This document shows, in pieces, positions 10,567 to 20,000 of a stretch of DNA of 20,000 nucleotides. A program made the position numbers and the translations under genes. Source of the stretch: Chiloscyllium plagiosum (Eukaryota). The stretch is from the NCBI RefSeq assembly GCF_004010195.1, contig NC_057719.1, positions 26,122,009 to 26,142,008 of the forward strand, written 5' to 3'. Within the stretch, counting starts at the first letter, position 1. The number at the start of each line of letters is the position of its first letter. A model generated the notes under the pieces. The model had not been told where the DNA came from and did not search any database. It saw nothing but the letters and a program-made list of their open reading frames with translations.

Positions 10567-10819
10567 CCCACCTGCCAGCACCTGGCCCACATCCCTCCAA
10601 ACCCTTTGTATTCATATACACATCCAAGTGCCTCTTAAATGTTGCAGTTGTACCAGCTTCCACCACTTCCTCTGGCAGCTCATTCTATACAGATACCACT
10701 CTCTGTGTGAAAAAGTTGCTCCATAGATCTCTTTTATATCTTTCCCCTCTTTACCCTATCCATGCCCCTCATAATTTTGTAAACCTTTATAAGGTCACCC
10801 CTCACCCTCCGACGCTCCA
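10484..10819 (-). mobile_element. CR1 LINE 3' end with internal deletion
   Basis: agagtcatagagatgtacagcatggaaacagac tail, ccaccacttcctctggcagctcattc, and ataaggtcacccctca...cgacgctcca (ERRRVRGDLI on the minus strand). Confidence 0.9.
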
Positions 10820-11801
10820 TTATAACATTCTATTAGTCAATACCTCAGAGGTGCCAATCCTCTGTAAAGAAAAACACGAATAAATGTTTAATGGAAAGTC
10901 TGTCAGGGAAGGGGTGTTCTTCCATCTGATAAGCATCACAGTCTTTCGATGCACCAATGAGCTGTTTCAAATCCCTTCTGTTACCTGCCCATCAGCTGTT
11001 GCCAGTGATATTGTAACATATTATTGTCCTCTTCATTGTCAAGTTTATTGCAGATGCATAGCCAAACATTTGCAGTCACAGGTCTTCCATGAGTGAGGCC
11101 TAAAATCCTGCTTTTGTGCTGACAGGGATTGCTCCCTGTGTCGAGTTTGTGTTAGCAAGTTGGTTGTTAGTATAACAATTCCAATCCATGATATCCAGTT
11201 AGAATAAAGGACTATTGGTAGCTTTCATCTTGCCTGGATTACATGCTGCATATTGAGACATTGAGAGCAAGAACATACTCCTGAACATAATAATGTGGGC
11301 TTTATTCATTAGCACCACTCAAACTGGAAGTATGCTTAGAGCAGGTTCAAATTTGTAACAACATTACAAGGCATGAGGTTCTTAAATTAAGCACTATCAG
11401 AATTTTTTTTGGCATTCATTGGTTGAAATCTTACCCGATTAGTTACAGCAAATGATAGCGTTGAAATCACTTGAACAATATTATTGTATAAACAAATCAT
11501 CTGAAATTACTTGATTAGCTATTTTAATAGAGATATTAATGCTGTTAAAATAGGAATATGAGACAAATGCATTAAGCATTTTTTACTTTTGAGGCAATAA
11601 CTTTGTGTCAACTATATAATAAATGAACTTAGAACAGTTTTATAAGGTTGTATCAGAATCATAACCATAATCTTATCCACGTCACAACCATGGATTCACT
11701 GCAGAGTAGGAGCCTTTGTTTATTACAATGTCTTATTAATTGCTGTCTGATACTCGTGATTACTGTCAATGATCACTTTGTAACCTAAAGTAAATATTTG
11801 C

Positions 11802-11936
11802 CAAAATACAGACTTGATCACTCTCACAATACAAGCTTAAACACTCTCAAAATACAAGCTTCAATACTCTCAAAATACAGACTTAAACACTCTCAAAATA
11901 GAGGCTTCAACATTCAAAATAGAGGCTTAATCACTC
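11802..11936. repeat. Minisatellite, 6 x ~23-bp unit CAAAATACAGGCTTAAACACTCT
   Basis: Units start at 11802, 11825, 11848, 11871, 11894 (21 bp) and 11915. Confidence 0.9.
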
Positions 11937-12361
11937 CTGAGTCCAGCAGGAAAGTTCGGATGGCAATTCTGCTAGCTGTCTGATGAGTCAATAAAAGTTA
12001 CAGTGTTTTGCATAAAATTCAATGTTTTTTTTTCTGAACACTACCCCAAGGGTATTGTATAAATAGTACATAAGTGTTTCCTACAGCTGTATAGCACAAC
12101 CATTCCTCTTGTGATGCAATACCAGTGACAAGGTGAACACTACTTTGAGCATTTGGCATTGATTTAATGCACAGCAGCAATGATTTAAATCATAAAAATG
12201 TTACACCTCAGACATACTAGCTGAGCAATCAGATTCTATTCACAGTGTGTAAAATCCTGTTAACCTACATTTCACTGCTTATAAAGAAGTTCTTTTGATA
12301 TTTTACTGTGGAAACTAACTCATAAATGCACAACATCTAGATCGACCAAGGTTCATTCTTG

Positions 12362-12558
12362 GAGTCTTAGAGTCATAGAGAAGTACAGCATCTTTGGTCC
12401 AACTCATCCATGCTGACCAGATACCCTAAATTAATCTAGTCCCATTTGCCAGCATTTGGCCCATATCCCTCTAAACCTCTCCTATTCCTCTATCCATCCA
12501 GATGCCTTTAAAATGTTGTAATTGTACCAGCCTCCATCACTCCATCTGGTACCTCATT
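12362..12558 (-). mobile_element. CR1 LINE 3' end (short)
   Basis: gagtcttagagtcatagagaagtacagca...ggtccaactcatccatgctgaccagata, same family as 10484-10819. Confidence 0.88.
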
Positions 12559-12596
12559 GAAAATAATTCAATGTTTTATAATTATATTGAATTATA

Positions 12597-13075
12597 TTAT
12601 GGTTACAGCACCATAGAAAGCCATTTGGCCCATTGTAGTCTGCTGCTTCCTTGGAAGAGCAGCTCACCCCATGTCATTCTTTGCTAATTCCCCACAACCC
12701 TGTGACCATTTTTCTTCTGATACTTATCCATTTCTCTTTTGAAAGTTTTGATCAAATCTGTCTCCATCACATTCATCATAAAAGGTATTGCAAATTCTAA
12801 CCATGAGCTACATTGAAAGGTTTTTCCTCATATCAGTGTCATTTCCTTTGCAAAACACTTCAAATCAGTGTCTTCGGGTTTTGACCCTTCAGTCAACAGA
12901 ATATCTCCCAATTGACTCTATCCAGATGCCTCATGATTTTGAAAACCCTATCAAATCCTCTCGTAATATTCTCCCCTTAGGGGAAATCAAACTCAACCTC
13001 TCGAAACTTTCTGCATAAAAGAAATTTCACAACCCTGGGACCATTCTCATAAATCTTTCCTGGACCCTGTCAAAT
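12597..13075 (-). mobile_element. Old CR1 LINE 3' fragment
   Basis: tacagcacc...gccatttggccc tail, plus degraded cctcatgattttgaaaaccctatcaaatcctc (DLI..FKIMR on the minus strand) and cattctcataaatctttcctggaccctg. Confidence 0.7.
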
Positions 13076-13109
13076 ATTGTCAGTAAATACTTTTTACAAG
13101 TTTTAATAA

Positions 13110-13222
13110 AAATTTGGACCTCTGTGCCTGGGAAGCAGATAATTGAGAATTTCAAAATTGAGGTTCATAGATTGTTGTCAGGAAAATAGATGACGTATTA
13201 TTGATCCAAATGGTAAATGGGT
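13110..13222 (+). mobile_element. Very old CR1 3' fragment
   Basis: ggaagcagataattgagaatttcaaaattgaggttcatagattgttg resembles the CR1 EA...FK.E.DR.L ending. Confidence 0.4.
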
Positions 13223-14546
13223 TCCACCATCTTGGGTTTACAGTCACCTGGCATTGTCTAAATTGACTAAGTGCTGGCAGCAACTTCTGGTCCTAACTTA
13301 AGGATTGCATCCATCGAGGACACTCCAAGCTACTGCCTTCAGCACCTCATTCAGAAATTCTGGCCGTTGTAACCAGCTGCTGGATGACAAATCTGAAGCA
13401 TCAACTTCCATTCCAGTCTGTCATTTCACTATATTGTCATGTAGCTTCAACATTTTCATGTGAGTCAAGGCCAATTTTAGAGTACAAGAAATGGAAATCA
13501 ATCATGTTCGCGTTAGAATTCAGCCGCCTTTGGAAAGGAATCCCTTTGCTTTCATCGCTGTCTAATGCAGCAGTTAGGTCTTGGCTTTGTCGTGAGCCCT
13601 CATGCGATTTGGGACACAGGAAGCCAAGGTCATCGTCAGGTAGTAATCTGTTTATCAGGGTTCCAGTTTTGTCAACCTAGAAAAATCAGGCAAGCTGCCA
13701 AACACCTTCAAAACGTAACCCACAGGACAATTCTAAAGCAGTGATGTCTATGGCCTATGGGTGGAAGTGATTTGCAGTATTATGGTTCATCTGTGAAAAC
13801 ATAATATAAAAAGTACCTTAGAAATAGGCCAAATGATGGCTTTTGACAGTCATGGACCTTGTAAAAAATGGGATGTAGTGTCAGAAACTTAGAGGGGAGA
13901 TGTAGTATGAAGGGTTACTGTAATATGCATGTGCATCATCACAACAGGTGATGTATGTCACATCGCATGATCATGATTTTGCTCTCCTTTGTCAGTTCCT
14001 AGTTTTGCTTATGCAAATTAAGGTTTTTGCTGGGACACACTGCTGTACAGTGATACATTTTCTGACAAAAATGGCAATTGGCCTTTTCAGCCTGACAGTT
14101 TGAATACCAGTGCCATCCACCAATGGCAGCTACTTGGACTGGTCGATACACCATTGTTGTGTTTCTTTGCCTTTGTAGAGTCACTTTTTCACTTTTATAA
14201 TTAACAACCTCCACTGAGATGGTAATATTTTAAAAATAAATGTCACTCCACATCACTGAACAGTTGTTTTCTGACCTCAGCCTGCTGCTCAAGGGAATGA
14301 CTTTTGTTAATGTCAAGTCTTTTCTCAACTGCAAGTAGTCTGACAATGTTTTGTCTGAAACTCCAACAGCAATCCTACCTCTGAATTATTCTTCCCTTAA
14401 GATATCACATTCACAGTTTTCTGCATAGGTTATTGAGGAATGTACTGATTTTTACTACAGGATGCAGTGTGCACTTTTAAATTTTGCCTCCTCAAAAATA
14501 GCATTTTCTGGAGATTGAACATCTGCACACCTTTGCAATCAAGATG

Positions 14547-14806
14547 ATTAGATTAATTACAGTATGGAAACAGGCCCTTCGGCCCAACAAGTCCACACCG
14601 ACCCTCCGAAGAGCAATCCACCCAGACCCATTCCCCTACATTTACCCCTCCACCTAACACTACGGGCAATTTAGCATAGCCAATTCACCTAACCTGCACA
14701 TCTTTGGATTGTGGGAGGAAACGGGAGCAAACTCCACACAGACCGTTGCCTGAGGCGGGAATTGAACCCAGGTCTGTGGTGCAGTGAGGTAACTGTGCTG
14801 CCATGC
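14547..14806 (-). mobile_element. HE1-type V-SINE (tRNA-derived head, CR1-like tail), elasmobranch-like, with 7-bp TSD
   Basis: B-box GGGTTCAATTCCC on the minus strand (~14757-14769), V-domain-like tgtgcaggttaggtgaattggc, and CR1-like tail ...gggcctgtttccatactgta...atctaat. TSD caagatg at 14540-14546 and 14807-14813. Confidence 0.88.
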
Positions 14807-15455
14807 CAAGATGTACTGATCTTGCTCACTGTTTGGCTTTGCAACAAGGCATTATGATACATTTTGCTCCCAATCCAGCCAGGCTTCAGCTTCATTGGGC
14901 CCTTTGGACGCTTTCACGTGATAGCAGTGACTTTTCCATTCCCTTCTTTACTTTGAATCTGCTGTTCATTCACCTGCTTTTTCTTCACCTACTGCCAGGT
15001 ATATTATTGTCAGTTGTTGTTGACTTAGACTATTCTTGTGGTGCTGAAGAATATCTACGAAATATGCTGAAGTAAGAGTAAAAACAGTAACTTTCTATTT
15101 ATGCACAGAACTAACAGTAATCAAATCTAACAGGAACCTTAACTTGTTATGAGGTTTCAAGAGCACAAGATCATGGTCATATGATCTGACATGTGTTTCT
15201 TGTTGATGTTTACAGCCTGTCATTTGCACATGACACCATTGTTGTATAAGATAGTTGTCCTGAAAGAGCTCCACTCAATCTGTTGCCTCACAATCTTTTA
15301 GTGGGGAATAGGTTAGCCCTGAATAAGGTCTCAATGGAGACAGATGTAATTCACCTGGCCCTGTAATTATGACCAATCAGTTAATGCTAATGATACCATT
15401 GCTTCCAATCAATAAACTGTAGCTTGTTAGCTAAGTCAAATGCCTTTTGTTATTC

Positions 15456-17013
15456 ATAGAGTCATACAGCATGGATGGTCCAAACAGTCCATGCCAAACA
15501 TAATCCCAAATTAAACTAGTCCCACCTGCCTGCTCCTGGCCCGTACCCTGCCAAACCTTTCCTATTCAAACCATTTCCTTATCAAAACGTCTGGTAAATG
15601 TTGTAATTGTACCCACATTCCCGACTTCCTCAGGAATTTTATTCCACATGCGAACCACCCGCTGTGTAAAATATTTGCCCCTCATATCTCATTTAAATCT
15701 CACTGCTCTCACCTTAAAAATGTGCCCCCAGTCTTGAAATTTCCCCAGTGTCTAGATTAGACTGGTGCTGGAAAAGCACATCAATGATTCCTGATGAAGG
15801 GCTTTTGCCCATAACTTCGATTTTCCTGCTCCTCGGATCCTGCCTGACCTGCTGAGCTTTTCCAGCAATACTCTAATCTAGATTCTGATCTCCAGAATCT
15901 GCAGTCCTCACTTTCGCCTAGTTGAAATTTCCCCATCCTAGGAAAAAGACAACTACCATTAACTCTAGCTATACCTCTCATTACTTTATATGCTTCTATC
16001 ACATCACCTTTAAAAATTCTACACTCCAGTGAAAAACGTCCTAGCCTATCCAGTCTTTCTTTATAACTCAAACCATCCTGTTAAATCTCTTATGAACCCT
16101 CTCCAGCTTAATAATATCCTTCCTATAACTGGGTGACCAGAATTGGACACAGTATTCCAGAAGAGGCCGTACCAATGTCCTGTACAACCTCAACCTGACT
16201 TCCTATATAAAAAGGACTGAGTAGTGAAGGCAAGCAAACCAAATGCTTTTTTAACCACCCTATATGTATGTGACACAAACTTCAAAGAATTATTTACCTG
16301 CACCCTCGGTCCCTCTGTTCTACAACACCCTACTAGGCCCTACCATTAATTGTGTAAGCCCTACCCTTGTTTGTTGTACCAAAATGCAATATCTCACATT
16401 TATCCAGACTGAACTCCATCTGCAATTTTTCAGCCTATTGACTTATTGACCAAGATCCTTTTGTAACTTTAGAAAACCTTCTTTACTATCTACCATGACA
16501 CCAATTTTGGCATTGTCTGCAAACTTACTATGTCTTCTATATTCTCATCCAAATCATTTATATAAATGACAAACAAAAGAGGACCCAGAACTGATCCCTG
16601 TGGAACACTGTTGGTCACAGGCCTCCAGTCTGAAAAGCAACCCTCCACCATCACTCCTGCTGTTAAGCCAATTAGATATCAAATTGGCAAGATCACCCTG
16701 AATCCCATGTGAACTAACTTTACTAAATGGTCTATCATGGGCTTTACCAAAATCTAAGTAAACAACATCGACTGTTCTGCTCTCATCAATCTTTTTGGTA
16801 ACTTCTTTAAAAAACTCAATCAAGTTTGTGAGACATGATTTTCCCCTTGCCCAAAACCATGCTGACTATCCTTAATCAATTTTTGCCTCTCTAAATGTCC
16901 ATTAATCCTATCTTTTATAATCACCTCCAATAATTTATGCACAACTGAAATCAGACTCTCAGGTCCATCGTTCCCTGGTTTCTCCTTACAACCTTTTCTA
17001 AACAAAGGTACAA
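15456..17013 (-). mobile_element. CR1 LINE, ~1.4 kb decayed ORF2 (RT domain) plus 3' UTR, interrupted by a PLE
   Basis: ORF fragments KGCKEKPGN..ESLISVVHKLLEVIIKDRI...SQHGF, IEFFKEVTKKIDESRTVDVVYLDFGKA and SYKERLDRLGRFSLE..FKGDVIEAYKVMRG. Confidence 0.92.
15748..15921 (+). mobile_element. PLE mini-insertion (short inverted arm + pLTR + tail) nested in CR1, 14-bp TSD
   Basis: TSD ttgaaatttcccca at 15734-15747 and 15922-15935. Inverted arm 15751-15780 matches 15853-15882. Hammerhead relic ctgatgaagggcttttgccc-ataacttc starts at 15791. Confidence 0.88.
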
Positions 17014-17339
17014 CTGATAATTAGTCAGGCCCATAGACTCAGCATATAAAGGACTGGCAGTTAATGACTCCAGCCACAAGTCATCAATGATTGATAACCA
17101 GAAGATATAACACGCTGGTAACAATGGTGCTTATAAATAGAATATGGTGAGAAACCATGAGGATTCAAATTCTGTTTGATACAGAAGAAAAAATACCTGT
17201 CAAAGAAGTGAACTTTACAATTTTAAGAACATTGCTACTTTAGGAAGCAGCAGCTGAGACATGAACAACAATAAGCAGTCAGCAACACTTGCAGGATCAG
17301 TAACCAAATTAAAACAATATTCCAGATGTGGACTTTCAT

Positions 17340-18566
17340 AGAACATAGAAAAGTACAGCACAGAACATGTCCTTTGGCCCATGATGTTGTGCCGAGATTT
17401 AATCCTAATGTAAAATATAGTAACTTAACCTACACACCCCTCAACACACTGCTATCCATGTGCATGTCCAGCAGTCACTTAAAAGTCCCCAATGATTTCG
17501 CTTCCACCACCTCAACTTGCAACGCATTCCATGCATTCACAACTCTCTGCGTAAAGAATCTATCTCTGACGTCTCCTTTACACCTTCCTCCTAATATCTT
17601 AAAACTATGACTTCTCGTACCAGTCAATGCTGCCCTGGGGAAAAGTCTTTGGCTATTGACTCTATCTTTTCCTCTCATTATTTTGTACACCTCGATCAGG
17701 TCTTCTCTCTTCTCTCTGGTCCAAGCTTATTCAATCTTTCTTCATAAGGCAAGCCCTCCAGTCCAGGCAGCATCCTGGTAAATCTTCTTTGCACCCTCTC
17801 CAAAGCCTCTGTATCCTTCCTAATGTAGGGTGACCAGAACTGGGCACAATATTCCATATGCGGTCTCACCAGGGACATGTAGAGCTGAGCAAAACCTCGC
17901 GGCTCTTAAACTCGATCCCCCTGTTAATGAAAGCCAAAACACCATATGCTTTCTTAACAACCCTATCCACTTGGGTGGCAACTTTGAGTGATCTAAGTAC
18001 TTGCTCACCTAGATCCCTCTATTCCTCCACACTGCCAAGAATCCTGTCTTTAATCCTATATTCAGCATTCGAGTTTGGCCTTCCAAAATGCATCACCTCC
18101 AACCTTTGTGTCGTCTGCAAATTTACTAACCCACCCCTCAACTTCCTCATCCAAGTCATTTATAAAACTACAAAGAGCAGAGGCTCAAGAACAGAGCCCT
18201 GCGGGACCCCACTCAACACTATACTCCAGGCAGAATACTTTCCATCTACAACCACTCTCTGCCTTCTGTCAGCTAACCAATTCTGAATCCAGATAGCCAA
18301 ATCTTCCTGTATCCCATTCTTCCTGACTTTATGAATGAGCCTACCATGGGGAACCCAATCAAATGCCTTGCTGAGGTCCACATACACCACATCCACTGCT
18401 CGACCGTCATCGACCTGTCTTGACACCTCCTCAAAGAACTCAATAAGATTTGTGAGGCATGACCTTCCCCTCACAAATTCATGCTGACTGCCTTTAATTA
18501 TACTATGCTTTGCCAAATAGTCATAAATCCTACCCCTCAGAATTCTTTTCAAATCTCTTTCCAAAA
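17340..18566 (-). mobile_element. CR1 LINE, ~1.2 kb ORF2 RT domain plus 3' UTR; same subfamily as 655-1084
   Basis: SQHEFVRGRSCLTNLIEFFEEV...VDVVYVDLSKAFD...SGVPQGSVLEPLLF and [16 protein letters not shown]. Candidate TSD actttcat at 17332-17339 and 18567-18574. Confidence 0.95.
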
Positions 18567-19709
18567 ACTTTCATCTCAGACCTGGTAAGAGTCTGAGGGG
18601 AAACATTGTGAGTTAAAAAAAGGAATCAAAGCTAGCCATACTGTGAAAAGGCCAAAATTTTGGAGATGAAGACTCTGCAGGGAACAATTGAAAGCTTCAG
18701 AAGTTAGAGACCCCTGAAGGAATATTGCTTTACTGATGGCACAAAAACCGGGCAGCAAAGGAAAGAGAGTGAAACAAGAGTCCTCACTTCTCAAAATGGG
18801 CCATTGCAGCTAAATTCCATATGAGGCATAGCTGCAAAGGACAGACAGTCATTTATATCATGGTTGTAAATTTGTAAAGGTCACAGATTTTAATTAAGAT
18901 GATAAAAGGCAAAAATTAGAAGAGTTAATGAAAACACTAACAAGAGAAAAAGTTTGAGCAGAAGATCAGATTTAAGCAGTGATTTTGGTAGGAAGATTTA
19001 TTGAGACTACAACCAAAGAAGAACGTTTTAAATTGTACAAGGGTTGGAGTATTGTGTTTTGGGCTATAAAAGGTAGGAAAACATCCATTTTAACCAGGAA
19101 GCTGTGAGAAAACCTCGATGTTGACTGTAGAAGATGGGAACCACCACCATTTTGATAGTTGGAAATCCTTCAGCAAGCAGTGCAACGAAATAGAATTGGA
19201 CAGGGCTTTGGTGGAAAACGTGACATCCTATTTTGAAAGAGACCAGAAATAAAAAGACAAAACCTTAAAAAAAACTCTGCTTAAACTCAGAAGAGGAGAA
19301 AAATAAAACTAAATCAATTCACCAATCCCCTTATTCATAATATTGGCACAAGAGAATTGTTTCATACTATCAACAGGAAGGGAGTCACAGATTTAACAGG
19401 ACTGGTGGAAATGGTTTCTATTGCTATTCTTACTGATGAATATTGAAATCTATTGTTTCTTCTAGCAGAATAATCAATGCCAGTGACAACAAAGGTGCTG
19501 ATTGAGCAACAATCCTCCAGTAATATAATATCTAGTTCACCAGAGAGACATTCATAGAGGGTAAACTAGGAAATACAACTTAATGAACAAGTTGAAGCAA
19601 TGAGCTTATACATTTCGATTCAGCAGGTTGAGAGACAAGGTTTGTTTGAACAAAATGGATTGAGCTGCGCATGACTCCATGAAAGTCAGACCAATGTCTA
19701 TAAATTTAG

Positions 19710-20000
19710 GAGCTGAAACTTTATTGCTGGAACAGCACAGCAGGTCAGGCAGCATCTAGGGAACAGAAGATTCGACGTTTCGGGCACATGCCCTTCTTCA
19801 GGAATGAGCAGAGAGTGTTCAGCAGGAGAAGATAAAAGGTAGGGAGGAGGGACTTGGAGGAGGGGCGTTGGAAATGTGATAGGTGGAAACAGGTCAAGGT
19901 GAGCGTGATAGGTCGGAGTAGGGTGGAGGCGGAGAGGTCAAGAAAAAGACTGCAGGTCAGGAAGGCGGTGCCAGGCTGGAGGGATGCGGCTGAGACAAGG
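19710..20000 (-). mobile_element. Penelope-like element pLTR plus adjacent body, running off the window end
   Basis: gctgaaa...gctggaacagcacagcaggtcaggcagcatc...ttcgacgtttcgggcacatgcccttcttcaggaat is homologous to 1294-1386 and is followed by a purine-rich (+ strand) body absent from the short copies. Confidence 0.85.
19770..19805 (-). ncRNA. Minimal type-I hammerhead ribozyme motif, intact core
   Basis: Minus strand: AUUC-CUGAAGA-A-GGGC-AUGU-GCCC-GAAAC-GUC-GAAU. Stem I AUUC/GAAU is perfect, stem II has 4 bp, and a palindromic ACGU sits at helix III. Confidence 0.8.

Noticed and set aside
11802..11936. CRISPR-like array
   Set aside because: The units abut directly with no unique spacers, the context is eukaryotic and there are no cas genes.
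11980..12010. CTGATGAG as a hammerhead core
   Set aside because: No stem II or GAAA follows.
14700..14806. tRNA gene
   Set aside because: It is only the degenerate tRNA-derived head of a SINE; no cloverleaf.
12241..18749. V(D)J RSS heptamer CACAGTG (12241) and nonamer ACAAAAACC (18741)
   Set aside because: Neither has its partner at 12/23 spacing, and no Ig/TCR segment is visible.

Overview
AT-rich, repeat-dense vertebrate genomic DNA (intergenic or intronic), most likely from a cartilaginous fish; this is inferred from an HE1-type V-SINE and shark-like CR1 and Penelope repeats. No intact host gene is recognisable, and the ORF-track entries I can assign are decayed CR1 reverse-transcriptase or Harbinger fragments. 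The window holds about 8 CR1/L3 LINE fragments, tRNA-derived SINEs, two LTR-like relics, a decayed three-exon Myb/SANT-like gene of PIF/Harbinger type, a 23-bp minisatellite and a near-perfect ~125-bp tandem duplication. The most interesting signal is a set of short Penelope-like terminal-repeat (pLTR) insertions carrying minimal type-I hammerhead ribozyme motifs. Three are flanked by 13-16 bp target-site duplications, one is a 93-bp fold-back with two opposed hammerheads, and the short copies share a 5' boundary directly at the ribozyme. Hammerheads in Penelope-like elements are already known; the fixed boundary and mini-element architecture are what merit checking. A few candidate exons are reported at low confidence.
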